A DNA stretch of 64,000 bases, from assembly GCF_009914755.1 (NCBI RefSeq), contig NC_060933.1, one strand, 5' to 3'. The position numbers and the translations under genes were made by a program. The notes under the pieces are model-generated. The model saw nothing but the letters and a program-made list of their open reading frames with translations, made no database searches and had not been told where the DNA came from. The DNA comes from the human T2T-CHM13v2.0 reference genome, Homo sapiens. Numbering within the stretch: the first letter of the stretch is position 1; every line of letters starts with the position of its first letter. Positions 1 to 15,232 of the stretch are shown here, in pieces.

Positions 1-990
1 TCAAAACATTTTAGAGAAAATAGTTTTACTACCTAGAAAGAAACTAGGAAGCCACACAAAAGCTTTCCAATAAATGTCATGCACTCTATAATGGGAAAGA
101 TTTACATGTATGTGATCCTGAATACACTTTCTGTAGACATTATCTTCTGCCCACCGTAGATCAGGCAGTAGTCTTTATTGAAAGAAGATTTTAACAAATT
201 GAGCAACATCCTGCTGTGTTTGGTTTTCTTTATAACTCAGCATTGAAAAAATTGAAAAAACAACAACTAAATTCTTTATGGATTTACATATTACTTTGAA
301 AGAGGGCAGAAGTTGAATGAGATGGCGATTGGAATGGTTAAATTAAAATATTGTTACATTTTGTATAGCCAATATAGTTTATCATTTATGATTATGTTAT
401 ATTTGAACATAAAATAATACATAAAGTGGCCATCTCTGAATTTATTTTACTGTAATAATTTTGACAGTTCCAGTAGTTACTGCCTCAACATAAAGAAGTT
501 TGTCAAAATTGAAAATAATGAAAATAATCTAACAACTATGATGATTCAAAAAAGATTATCTAATTTAGCATTACTGTCAATATAAGGAAATTTATGGGAA
601 AACCTTAACTATAATAACTTAAGTATTTTATAAAAATGAAGACAAGAAATATTGTATTTTATGAAGTAAACATATTTATGAGTTATATATGTGTTTATGA
701 CTCATCTATACATTACTGGCCTGTCAAAAGAACTGCTGACATACACAGTAATAATGAATATCAGTCATCTTTGATGTCTTGCTGACTAGCAATCAAAAAA
801 AATCCCATAGCTGCACTCCTTTTTTCAATTTTGTTGTCATAGAGGTATATTTGTCAAGATGGGAAGGTAGACTATTTTATTTAATGGTTTATTAGCTTGG
901 CTTATAACTTTTAGACTATTTAGGTTTGTGGTGTGAGGGCCCCTGTGTGTTCTGTTTTTGCTGCTCTTGCAGATGCCAAGGCCAACTTGT
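1..990 (+). mobile_element. hAT-Tip100 DNA transposon 3' part (Zaphod-like) with decayed transposase C-terminus
   Basis: 455-585 translates to IILTVPVVTAST*RSLSKLKIMK/(frameshift)NNLTTMMIQKRLSNLALLSI*, the hATC dimerization motif; 885-990 resembles the Zaphod/MER115 3' end. Confidence 0.8.
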
Positions 991-1884
991 AGGGAAAGAC
1001 TCTGGGAGTGACCTTAAAGGCAGGGGGACCAGCTCCTGCTGTCCTCACGGAGAACTCTGATTCACTGCCTTTCATGTGAGACAGCTGCTACAAGAATGAA
1101 AGAGACACCACATGTCACTTTTGTCAACTCACCAAATGTTGGAATTTTGGGTTGTCTTCTTTCCAACCAAGAGAGAGTCCATTACGAGAACTGAGTTAGA
1201 GCCTCAAACCTTCGTAAAGATTAGGAAAGATTCTGTGAAAAAATCTGTGATGAGTCCTCTTGTAAAACCACCACTCCTGGAAACATTTCCAAATTCATTT
1301 TTAAATGTGTTTCCCCCACACATTCCATTGATTACTTGAACCAAGATATGTCTCTAATAAGAGAATCCTCAATGCAACTACATCCAATAATAACAATAAT
1401 AAAATTACTAGGCTTGTGCTAAGTGAAAAATTTAGGTCCAACTTTTGTTGTTCGTTGTCAAAACTGCTCATATACACCCCCACCTGTGGGTGTGTACTGT
1501 TTTGGACAAAGAGTTTGCCTTTAATCTGAGATTGGAATAAGCATGAAGCGTTGTGGTATAGTATTTCATAATAAGCAATTTTCAGGTAAGGCTGGAAGGA
1601 GAAATTCTGCCAGGTTATAGCTGTTGATCAGGCAGCTTTCACCACAATTCTTTTGCACTTGCAGTAGATGCCTCTGAAAGAAACACAGATGAAAGATTAT
1701 TGACAGGAGAATAACTTAGCATAGGCATGAGGGGAGAAAACACCACACAGTTTAGGAGGTTGGCAGCAGCATCAAGCTCCCTCTGACAGGTAAGGCCCTA
1801 AAGCCAAGGCAGTGGAGCCAGCATAAGCCAGCCCTTACATAACAGATTTGGGCACGCAGCAGTGACATACAACTCTTGCTCTCC

Positions 1885-1902
1885 TTTTTTTTTTTTTTTT
1901 TT
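1885..1902. repeat. poly-T tract
   Basis: about 18 consecutive T. Confidence 0.95.
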
Positions 1903-2060
1903 CCTTTTCTTTCAAGATGACAAACATTTCATAATTCTCTTCCATTTTCCTTTAGTTTTTTTCTCCTCCCTTCTACCCTGTCCTCTTGGTGAATGCTGAC
2001 TCTAGACATTACTACCTTTGTTCTTGTTAATTTCAACTTTTTATTCAGATTCCATGTTAA

Positions 2061-2235
2061 TAGTATTGCATGGTAGTTGAGAGCAAAAACGCTGGAGCCA
2101 CACCAGCTACGTTGAAATCCTGACTTTACCCCTTACCAGCTGTGTGGCCTAAACTTTTATTTGACTCAGTTTTCTGAGTAAAATGGGAGTACTATTTGTA
2201 CCCTCCCCTCCATTAGATTGTTGGGAGTTGAGATA
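2061..2235 (+). mobile_element. MIR SINE
   Basis: gttgaaatcctgactttaccccttaccagctgtgtggcc...ctcagttttctgagtaaaatggg, MIR core. Confidence 0.75.
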
Positions 2236-2444
2236 GGGCTATGAGGAAGACAAATGAGGGGTCAAGTAGAGAATAAAGGACATGAGCTTTAAATAAGTGA
2301 CCAGGAAGCCCCTCTAGGGAAGGGGCATTTAATCTGGGCTCTAAAGGAAGAGAGAGGGGTCAGTTACTTTATCTCTCTAGAGAAGCATTTTTGTTCTGTT
2401 GCCTGCTTTTTCAGTCAGAAAGTTAGGCCCTGGGTTCCACAGAA

Positions 2445-2600
2445 ATGACAGCTAATAAAGTGTTTTTACATGTTCTATCATTATGCTGCTTATTCTTCAT
2501 AACAACCCTGTGAAGTTTAGATGAGGAGCCTGAGGCCCAGAGAGGTTCCATGATTTGCCCGTGTGTTTTTTTCACTGCATCACTGTTGCTTCCCATCTTG
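2445..2600 (-). mobile_element. MIR SINE fragment
   Basis: cttcataacaaccctgtgaag...agatgaggagcctgaggcccagagaggtt, antisense MIR core. Confidence 0.7.
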
Positions 2601-4532
2601 GGTGCTTTCAGGCAAATGTTTCTTGAGGTGCCAAAGAAGTAGCATTACCCCTCCCCAGCTTTATTCCTCCCTTTCCTCCTCTGTCTGTCACCTTAGAAAT
2701 CTTGGTATCTTGTCTTTTCTTTCCTGCTTTTTGGAATCAGTGAAGGATTCTGTGGCTTTCTTCTTTCTAAAATCTTAGTTGATCTCCATCTCCCTACTTC
2801 CTACCATCATATATCTCTGAGCAGATATATGGACCATGATGGACATGACAGGTTATGTCTAAATGTAGTTTTGGTTCCTTTGCATTCAACTCTTGCCTTC
2901 TTGCCTAATTATCTCTTCCATTAATGCCAAAGGCCATTTGCACCTGACTCATTGGTCATTGTGCTCTATGATCTTAGCCGAGACTGATGCTGGCTTCACT
3001 GGCAAATGGAGATGTCCTAGAAATGCGGCTAATGGCTGAATTGTTCACCACAGAAAAGGCATCCCTTTGATTTGGGCAGAGGAAAGTTGTTTTTTTTTTT
3101 CTGTGCCTTGAGGCAATGTACGTGCTGAGAAGTGAGTAGCCCACCCAACTTGGGAGTGGGGGTAAGGGTGTCTAATTGCCAACGGCTGGAATTTGAAGTT
3201 CTTTTTAGCAACCACCAAATTAAATCAAAACCAGCTATTAATCTGTTAATATTGATGTGGAAGCAGGAATATATTTTGAAGAAATATAAAAAATAAGAAA
3301 GTTTAATTTTGAGTTTTTCCTGACATTTTCAAAGTGCTTGCTTAGTATAAGTGGAAAACATACTTTTTAAAATCTCTAAAGCTACAGTCATCTACGATCA
3401 AATAGAATCGTAGCTGAAGATCCAAATATTGTAAATGAGATTTGCTCTAATTTTCTAACATATCCAACTGTATAGAAAATGCAGCAAGAGGTCCTACAAA
3501 ATATCAGTACCTTTTAAAATACTCATGGACATGATTTAGCTGGAATCACCACTGAGTGAGGCATTTCATTTAATTTTGGATATTAAGTCCATGCTATTTG
3601 GCTGCTAATTCTTACTGTAATCATTTTTTCTGTCACAAATATATTGACTGCTTGCTAGTTTTTGTGATGAGCTTAATCATTCCTACACTTTAAAAAAAAG
3701 TTCAAACGTTACCAAATGATGTGAAACAAAAAGTAAAGTGATAACGTCTTTCTTTGATTACAAAGGATGCTGGAGAACTTCATGCTTGTTGACCATTTCT
3801 TTCTTTTTTATTAATTGCCTGTTCATATCTTTTGCTCATTTTTCTATTAGGTGATTGTTTTTATCTTATTGATTTATATGCATTCTTTAAATATTCTAGA
3901 CATTAATCATTCATATATATAAGAGATATTATCTTTCAGGGTGTGGCTTATTTTTTATTTATGTTTTTGGAGCCTCTTCTTATATAAATGTAATTTTAAT
4001 AGGTTGAATTTGTCAATCTTTGCATAATGATGTGTGCTTTTAATTCTTGTGTAAAAACCTCTTCTCTGTATTAATTCATAAAGTTATTCTACATTTTATT
4101 ATGAAACCCTAAAGTTGTAATTTTCACAGTTAGATGTCCAGTTTATCTGGAATTTATTTAATAAATGATTTAATATAAGGTTCTAATTTGATCTTTTCTG
4201 ATATGGATTACCAATTTTCCCATCTTGTTTACATTGATTTGTAGTGCTACATCTGTCATATATCAGTTTCATAAATATGTATGAATATATATATATTTCA
4301 TTCTCCTTATTTTCATTACTCTATTGACTTATACTGGTGCCAATATTACATTTCTTTAATTGTTCTGGGTTTAATGAATCCCGCCATATTATTACTCTTT
4401 TCAAACTTGTCTGATTTTTTAACTCTTCAATTTGGATTAGAGTTTGCTTTTCAAATTCTAGAAAAAACTCTTTTGTAATTAGTATAGCATGGTGGGCCTT
4501 ATAGATTATACGGATAACTGCTATCTTCATGA

Positions 4533-4893
<361 letters not shown>

Positions 4894-6016
4894 TATATGT
4901 ACATTTAATTAAAGTAACTTTGTCTTTTAATAAAGTTTCAAATTTTTTCCCATAAATACTTAATACATTGTTAGGTTTAGGCCTAAGTTCTTTGTCACTT
5001 ACAGTGTCATTATAAAAATATCTTTTTAAATTTAAATATTTTAATTGTTTGCTGATGATAGGGATACAACTGATATCAAGTGTACTGATCTTGCTGATCT
5101 TGTATCTAGAAATCTTGCTAAACTCTCATATTAGTTTTTTTTCTATAGACTTGCTTTGATTTTCTGTGTAAACGTATCAGAAAATAAGGACAGTTTTGTA
5201 TCTTCTTTTTCAATTTTTTATTTTATAATTGATTATTTTTTATTTCATTGGCTAGGACCACTAGCTACCTTGGCCTAGAGTATGATTTTATTGGGGGTGT
5301 TTTTAGTCTTTTACCATTAAATAGTTGTTTTCTGAACATTTGTCAGGTTAAAATGTTTCATATCACTCAGTTTGCCAAGATCAAATTCGTATCTTTACTA
5401 ATTTTTCACCTGCTTCATTGATCAGTTTTGGTTTAGATATGATCCAGTTTTCCATTATGATGGTGAATTTGTTGATTTCTTTTCATGGAACTGTTTTGCT
5501 CTTACATTTTAAGCTTATGTTTTTAAGTACAGGAGGGTTCAGAATTTTTCTTTTGATAAAAACATGATAGATAAATGGTGAATTTCTCCTTTTACCATTA
5601 TGTAGTGACCCTCATTTTTCTTGAAAATTATTTTTCCTTAAACTACATGTTTTCTGATTTTAATATAGCTATACAAACTTTTTATTGTCATTTTGTCTGT
5701 TTTTTAAAATTTTTCAATACCTTCATCTTTAGTGTCAGTATGTGTTTCTCTTCTAAACACCATATTGGATTTTCACTCTTGTTTTAAAATCAAATATGAG
5801 AATCTCTAATTCTTTAACTGGTAAACTTGTTGTATAGTAGTTGTGAATACTGGCATGTTTTGATTTATTTTTACCGTCTTACTTGGTACTCTCTATTTTG
5901 CATGCATTTCCTCCTTTCTCTTCTGCCATTGTGACCCAATTTCCTCATCCTCTTTTTCTTGCTAATGGTTTTTCAGTAATACATTTTACTTATACTTTTT
6001 AAATTGTTACTCCTAA

Positions 6017-6326
<310 letters not shown>

Positions 6327-8389
6327 TAAGCATGCATACCTTGTTAAAGAAAATCTAAATTAGTAGATATCATGCCTTCCTCCTGAAAGGCTGTAGAATG
6401 TTTAATTTCAATCACCTCACTGTTTAGTTTTTTGGTTTTGCTTTGTTTTTAACCCCCGCAAATTGGACACATTATTGCTGTTGCTATACACAACAGTGTG
6501 ACCAAGTGCAAATTTATTTTTGTTGGTCTTTTGGGAATGCATTATGTTTCTTTAACATGAAGATTTTATAATTTTCTTTAATTCTGAAGAATACTCAGCC
6601 TTTATGTGTTCACACAGTGCCCCTTCCCCACTCTGTTCTCTTATTCTAGGATGCCTGAGTTGTGTGTTGAAACATCTTATTTATCCTTCACATCTTTTAG
6701 CTTGATTTTCCTTCTTTTTATCTCTCTATACTGCACTAAGTTGTGTGCTTTGTGGATATATTTTCAGCCTTATTTTACTTTTTTTGAATGTAAGAGTTTG
6801 CCTATAAATTTTCCTTTAACAGTTCTTTTGCTACATTATGCATGTTTTGATATGTAATTGTTGTTATAATTTAGTTCTACGTATTTTCTAATTTCCATTA
6901 TAATTTCTTCTTATTTAGAAGTATGTTTATAAATTTCCAAACATATTTATCTTTTTGTTATTGGCCTTGTACATTGTCAACTGTGTGTGTTATCCAGTTG
7001 TTGCTGCAGTGTTCTATATAAGTCCCTTAGATTAATGTTATTTTATTGGGGTTGGTGGCATTTTCATATCTATATTCTTGTTGTTTTATTTATGTCTTTT
7101 TGATTTATCAGTTTGTCAGGCATGTTAGAATTTCCCACCATTATGACAAATTTATAATGATTTTCTTCAAGTTTAGTGTTTGTTTTTTATATTTCAGACT
7201 CTATTATAAAGTACATTCATGTTTAGATTTGTATCTTCCCGAGTCTTAAAAGTTATATAACCATTTATACCCTCTTTATCCCTAGTAATAATTTTGCCTT
7301 GAATTCTATTTTATTCCATATTAAAATGGCTATCTATGATTTTGTTTGATTAGTATTTTCCTGTTAAATTTTTTCCATCTTTAACTTTCAGTGTTTTCTT
7401 TATGTTCTAGAAGTATCCTTTGTGTATAACATATAGCTAATTTTGTTTTTGCTTTTTTCTCAATCCAGTCTGATAAACTTTCTAAAATTTCAAAACTGGT
7501 CAATTTGTATAATTGTTCTTATTGTCATTTGGATTCATATTTTCATAATTTCTATTTTATCTGTTACTTTTTTGTTGCTACCTTTGGCTTGGTTTATTTT
7601 ATTTATTTAATTTGGAACTTCTAGTTTCTATTCATTTTGTACTTATCTTGGCAATTGTGACATACATATTTAAATTAACATCATCTAAGGTTAATAAATA
7701 TCTTTAATCACCTTACAAATAAATTCATTTGAAATGCTTTCACTTCAATCATCTTTTCCCAGTTTGCTTACTGTTTTTGTTTAGGATTTTAGTCCTACTT
7801 TGATTTTGTTTTTATCTCATAAATTAGTTATTAGCATTGTATATTCCAATCAGTATTTGTTTCAATTTACTCATATACTCTTTTTTTTTTTTTTTTTGCC
7901 ATTCCTTTTTTCTTTTTAAACCTAAATCCTGGGAGAATTTTCTTTCTTCTTGAAATAAATAGTTTAGAAGTTTGCTTATTATGTATAGAAAACTCTTACC
8001 ATAATTGTTTGCCTGCAAAAACATCTTTATTTTATCCTAATTCTTGAAAAGTAGTTTTCCTTGGTAGACAATTCCAGGTTGATATTTATTTTATATTTTT
8101 ACTTTCCAGACATTACTGTACCATTTTTATCTCTTATGTGGCTATTGAAAATAGAGCTGCCAGTGTAATTTTTGTATCTGTATAGATAATCTGTCTTTTC
8201 TGTCTGCTTTCAAGTCTTCTCTTTGTCATTACTTTGCAGTTTTACTGTGAAGTATCTAGGTATAGATTTCATTTTAATTTATTCTTCCTCATTCATTTGG
8301 GGAGGGAGATTTCTAAATTTAAGGCTTGGTGTATTCATCAATTTCCAGCCAATATCTCAAAATCTGCTTCTTCTTCATTATCAGTATTA

Positions 8390-8626
8390 CATGTTGAGCA
8401 TCCGAAATCTGAAAACCCAACATTCTAAATGCCCCAAAATCTGAAATTTTTTGAGCACGAACATGATACTCAAAAGGAAATTATCTTTGGTCAATTTCAG
8501 ATTTGGGGGTTTCAGATTTGAAATGATCGATCATTAAGAATAATGCAATTATTCTAAAATCTGAAAAATTCTGAAATCTGAAACAATTCTGGTTCCAAGA
8601 ATTTCATATATGAGATACTCAACCTG
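8390..8626. mobile_element. Tigger4a/MER46A-type TcMar MITE
   Basis: TIRs catgttgagcatcc ... gatactcaacctg, TA on both sides, about 237 bp, repeated aaatctgaaa. Confidence 0.88.
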
Positions 8627-9375
8627 TATCTCCTTTAAGAACTACAAATATGTAAGTTAGAATTTTTTTCATTTTATTTTCTTTACCATCTTTTTGCTTC
8701 TTTTGTTGTATTTGGTTTAATATGCATTTATCTCCACTTCAGTTCATTAGCCCTGTCCTCAATGGTGTCTAATCTCTTTAAATCTGACTTATTAATATAA
8801 ATTATACTTTTCATCTCTAGAAATTCAATTTGTTTATTTTTCAAATATGCTTAGTTAGTTCTAATAATATCTTACTACTTCATACCTGCAAGCATTTTAT
8901 TTAATCCTTGAACTATATTAAATATATCTGTTTTATGTATTGTACCTGAAAATTCTAGTATATGCAATGTATCTATCTTTAATTCTATGGTTGTTGCTTC
9001 TTTTGTCTCTCACCCATGGTAGCTTGTTTCTTTATGGGACCAGTGATTTTTTTTTAATTGTGAATACATTTTCTTTTGAACTTACCATGGGAAATTTTTG
9101 AGGCCTGGGTTTAACGTGTGTTCCTCCATAGAGGTTGTATGTTTTCCTCTGGTAGGCATTTGGGATCATTGGTAATCTAGGACTCTTTTATATTAATTTT
9201 TAAAAAGCCACAGATGTTAGGAATACAGATTCCAGAGAAGTATAAGTAAAAGCATTCTTTTTTTTTCTTCTTTTATCCTCTTTTCCAGAACCAAGCCAGA
9301 GCCTAGAACATGCCCAGTCCTTAGAAGCCAGAGATTTTTCCTGCTTCAACTGTTGAAAAAGTTGCCATTTGGGCA

Positions 9376-9890
9376 TGGTCTTGGTCCCTTTGTGCTGCTT
9401 TAAGAGAATACCACAAATGGAGTAATTTATAAAGAACCGAAATTTATTTCTCACAGTTCAGAAGGCTGGGAAATCCAAGATCAAGACACCAGCAGGTTCG
9501 GTGTCTGGTCTCTGCTTTCAAGATGGTGCCCTGAATGCTATATCCTCCAGAGGAGGGGAGTGCTGTGTCCTCACATGACAGAAGGCAGAAGAGCAAAAAT
9601 GGGGACAAAAACTCCCTCATCAAGACCTTTTATGATGATTCTGCCATCATAACCTAAACACCTCCCCAAAAGCCCACCTCCCAACACTATTGCACTGGAG
9701 ATTACATTTCAATATGAATTTTGGTGGAGACAAAAATATTCACATCATAACATTCTGCTGCTGGCCCCCCCAAATTTATGTGCTTCTCACATACAAAATA
9801 CATCAATTTCATCTCAATGTCCCTGAAAGTCTTGTCTCATTCCAGCATCAACTTTAAAGTCCAAGTCCAAAGTATCTTATGAACATCCTA
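9376..9890 (-). mobile_element. MaLR (MST-type) LTR, about 9376-9752, plus adjacent internal sequence
   Basis: aaatttatttctcacagttc..ggctgggaaatccaagatcaag; cccacctcccaacac; ends cataaca and continues into MST-int-like ttctgctgctggcccccc. Confidence 0.85.
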
Positions 9891-11954
9891 TGGATCCCCT
9901 AAAGTGTTACCTAGGCCACAGGTAGCCATTCCTCTAATTACCTCATTTGCCAGTGGCTTTTCTCATTATAATCTGTTACCATAGGTGGGAGTAGAGGACA
10001 GGCATGGTCGCAGTACTCCTATTGAATAGTGATATAGCTGGGATTATACTATACTGACAGTCTCATAACTTCACCATATAATTATTTTGACAAGTTTACA
10101 CAACCTTCTGTCCTTTTGGTGTTCCGTAATTTATTTTCCACTCTTTGTTTTGTTAATTTTTTCCCATTTTTTTCCATTATAAATACCTCATTATCAGCAT
10201 CTTCATGCATAAAACTTTTTCTAAATTTCTCATCTTTTTAAGGTATATAAAACTGTTCTTGTAAACTACTTATTCCCTGCTTCTTAATTACTCTGGGATA
10301 AAATAACCAGACAAGTAAACTTTTAGAAGTAAGCCTAAGGTAAAAGTTAATAGGCTCTGAAGGAAGGTTAAATATATGGACTTTGTGATATTTTAACCTC
10401 TCAAAAGCATTTTGTGTTTTTCTTCTGCTTTCAGGCTGGTCCACATGGTGAATGTGGCCTGAAACATACCTTCCTCTAAAGTGTGCTAAATTTCTCAGGA
10501 CCTGGTTGAAAAGCAAAGGACATCTTATAGCTCAGATTGTTAGTGTAGTTTAACAGAAGCTTAGACATAAAGTAAAAGTGCACTCGTGGAGATCCCACTG
10601 GGTTATGATTTATATCACTATAATATGCGAAAATGTATCTTGTCCTAACAAATTTCTCCATAGTGGATTTTAATAATGTGAGTAAGGATTTTTAAAACTT
10701 GGTGTTTCCAAAAAGTACATATTTATTATTTAGATATATTTGTTAAAATCCTTCTACTAGGCAATACGTTATTAACGTAGATTGAATTATTTTTCATATT
10801 TAAAAGCAATCCCATCACATTTCTCTAAAATATTAAAAAACACTGAACTCTGACTCTTTTAGATAACCTTCAGTTATTCGCATGACTGAGTTTCTGTAAT
10901 TTTAGCTTAATAGAAGTATTGATTTGTTCAGAAGTATTTTTAATAATGCTGAGGATAATTCATGCAGAGAAGAAAAAAAATTCAGTTTTGCTCTTGGGCC
11001 GTTAAAATTAAATATGATCATTTATGCAGTAATTATTGTTTCATATACTCTAATTAAAATTCCTGCATACTTATCTTTCTTTCTTCTTGCCTGAGGTGTG
11101 TATTAAAATAACAAAAGTCTTTGTGAATTCAAGGCCTGTATTTCAGTTTTTCTTATGTCTGATTAATTTTTTTCTGTGTAATTATTTGCCAAGCCTGGTA
11201 GGTGGGTGCTGGTTTCATAGTAAAATTTATGTTTTTGAGGAAAGTTTTATATTTAATAGGAATTTAGGTTAGTTCCTAGGTTAATATTAATTTAGGTTAA
11301 TATTTAATAGGAGTTTTCTTTAGTCATGCCTGCTTTTTGTAAAGTGGTAGGTCCAACTAGCAGCAGACAAAGATGCCATTTTTTGAGGTAATGTAATTAA
11401 TTGTGTTTCTTTTTAATTTTTTCAATTGACAAAAAATACATACATTTATTTTGTACCTGTTGTTTAGTTGTATTGCTGATCTTGGAAACGTACTTATACC
11501 CTTCATCGTAGCAGACCGTCTCTCTCAGATCCTCTCTTCCTGCAGCCTCTCTCTCTTGGTCTTGACATTCTCCTGGTCACCCAGGTTTGGAATGACAATT
11601 ACTTTCTGACCTTCCCTTTTCCTCACCCCTATTGAGTCTGACATCAGTTCTTAGGGATTCTACTTCCCTTGTAATTCTTCTTGTTATCCTCTTCATACTC
11701 TTTATCAGATAAGGGTTTCATACATCTTTCCTGGGTGGTTACAGTCATATCATAGCTAGTCTTTTTATTTTCAGAACTTTCTACCTCCCTCCAGATATTT
11801 CAGTTTCATTCTTCCTTCTCATGATTCTGATCAGATCACTTGCCTATGCATAAGTCTTCACCTGCCCTCTCTTTACCTTAGCCTGGTGTTTGAGGCTCTC
11901 CCCATTCAGCCTTAACTGGTCTTTTCAGATTTGTTCCCTCCTATTCCATTTGGT

Positions 11955-12222
11955 CATGGGGCCAGTTTGTCCACTAGATTTGAAAGGACAGTGCCTAGGG
12001 CCCATTATACTTTGAGGGGTTCATTGAAATGTTTTATTTTAATGAATTTTAAAATCAGAAGAAAAAAATTAATAATAGTAATGAATAATAATCATGAATC
12101 CAGCATGAATATGTTTATTTGTTGACACAGTTATAAAATATAATTTTTAATATTTTTGATGAAGGATGGGGTCCACAAATATAAAAGTGCCTAGGGCCCA
12201 TGAAAGTTTGAATGCATTCCTG
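11955..12222. mobile_element. hAT-Tip100 MITE (ORSL-like), inserted among L2 fragments
   Basis: agtgcctagggcccat at 11990-12005 and 12186-12201, AT-rich centre, about 270 bp, ends cctg. Confidence 0.7.
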
Positions 12223-12464
12223 TTTGCACACATTAAATTCTAGCCCAGTTAGATTTCTCACTGTTCCTTATACATTTTACCTGCTTTCTTATTTTCATTA
12301 CTGTTATTCTTTTTACCTGGAAGGTATAGCCAGAGTTAACCCCTCCATTTTTTCCTAACAAAACATTACCCATACCTCAAAACACAAATGGTTACTTTTC
12401 CCTCAATTCTCCTCTAATCCCTCATCTGTACTATATCCATGCTAAATCGCTTATGTTCTGCATT

Positions 12465-12670
12465 GTCGTATATTTTTCAACTCAGCAGTTATGGAATACC
12501 TACCATGTATATGATGCTTGGCTCTGTGCATGTTTGCTCAAAGAGAAATCAGATACCCTACCCCAAGCAGATTCTCATCTTAGTGGGAGTGGGAAGATAG
12601 GAAAACAAATAATTATTAGACTATCATGTGATAATGCTACAGTAGAGGTACATTCAGAGTGTTCCTCTAA
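12465..12670 (-). mobile_element. L2 3' end fragment
   Basis: tcagcagttatggaatacctaccatgt...ctcatcttagtgggagtgggaagatag. Confidence 0.65.
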
Positions 12671-13653
12671 TGTTGTCTATAGATTATAAACTCACGGCAA
12701 GGTAGTACATTTTATTCATTTACACTCAAACAGTTCTTACCTTAGAAACAAGCTGTGTTTGAAGCTATGTTTAAGCCTAGCTTACATACATCTAGGCCCC
12801 ACTCTATGCAAGATGGCCATTTGTCCCCAGAATTGGCAGCACATATGCCTGTACATTGAAACATGTATGTCTTTTTCACAAAGGCTTTTCTGCCTAAAAT
12901 GCTCATTAGGTCCTTTCTGTCTATTGAAGACTTAGATTAATCTCTTTGAAACCTTCCCTAGCACCCCCAGTAGCCTGATCACTATCTCCTCAACTCCCCT
13001 AGTGCCTCATATGGTATTATGTTATAATATCTCATATCATCATTGTTTCAGAATGAAGAAGAAAAAGGCATAATTCATTGCCCCTTAAGGATACTGTGTC
13101 TTTCTTCATTTTTAAATCACAGAGCCTAGAAGGTGCTCAGAGCATGTTTGTCAAGTAAGTGCTGAAATAATATTAAGGTTCATTGTTTGGAACTCACAAT
13201 GCATTCTTCCACTTTACCATAGAAGCATACTAGGCAAGCAGTTAGCTCCTCCAGTCCATCTTACAAGTGACTAACTAACAACATAACTGAAATATAAGCC
13301 CAATAGCCACGTTCCACCTAAATACCTTAGACTGCACAACAATGCATGCAAAATTTATTTACGAAGTCATTGGAGGATACAAAACCTTTTTCCATAGAGA
13401 GAGGATGTTGGCTTCTGCACTTGCTGTCTGGTGAAAGTGAGAGGAAAGTCGATCAGCTCTTAAGGCTTGATGATAGTTCCTGCGTGGTTTGGATAACAAG
13501 CTAGAAAAGTCAGTTATGGGCACTTGGGCACTGAAGGACCAGAACTCTAGCACATTGAGGAGGAGGAAAGGTGGGGCTAGAGTCATTTTGGCCAAATCCT
13601 CTCATGCTGCTTGGATCTGTGTTCTCATACAAAGGTAAATTCTTCTCCTTCTA

Positions 13654-13954
13654 TTATTTATTCTTATTGGTTGATTGACAGGGTTTTGCTTTGTTGCCTA
13701 GGTTTAAGTGCAATGGCAAGATCATAGCTCACTGTGCCCTTGAACTCCTCAGCTCAAGGATCCTCCTGCTTCAGCCTCCTGGGTAGCTGGAACTACAGGC
13801 ATGCACCACAATGTCCAGCTAATTTTTAAAATTTTTATAGAGACAGGGTTTCACTGTGTTTCCCAGGCTGGTTTTGAACTCCCGGCCTCAAGTGATCTTC
13901 TTGCCTAGGCCTCCTAAAGTGCTGGGATTACAGGCATGAGCCACACTATGTCAG
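13654..13954 (-). mobile_element. AluJ (Jo/Jr-like)
   Basis: gatcatagctcactgtgcccttgaactcctcagctcaagg, J diagnostics; decayed tail. Confidence 0.92.
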
Positions 13955-14399
13955 GGGATTTTCTAATGCCTTGCTCTCACAGGAAATGGAAGTATAAGTC
14001 GAGTTTTAATTTCCTGAAACGTGTGTGATACTTATTTTACAGATGAGAATGCTGTGATTGTGATTCAGAGTTTTTTTGTTTTTTTTTTTTTTGTAGTTTG
14101 CTTGGGGTCACACAGCTCATGCTCTGTAGTCTCACACATTCTCTTTAGATGACAATTTCTTTCTCACTAAGCTTTTGGTTTTCTTCCTCTCTCGCTGTTT
14201 CCTTTGCTTGTTTCTCTTCACGCGCTTGATATAGCTTTCATTTTATAGACCTCCATGGTGGCATCATCCAAAAATTTAACATGGGTAATTATATAGCACC
14301 ATATTTGCATAGGATGGAGAAGAGGCACTTTACAGCATATGCAAAAAAGAAAGTATTTTTGCTGCCAAAAATTAGTCCCAGTATTATTTTAGGAGGAGG

Positions 14400-15232
<833 letters not shown>

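Noticed and set aside
13398-13635. Possible exon (ccatag| ... AAG|GTAAAT)
   Set aside because: Short pyrimidine tract and weak donor
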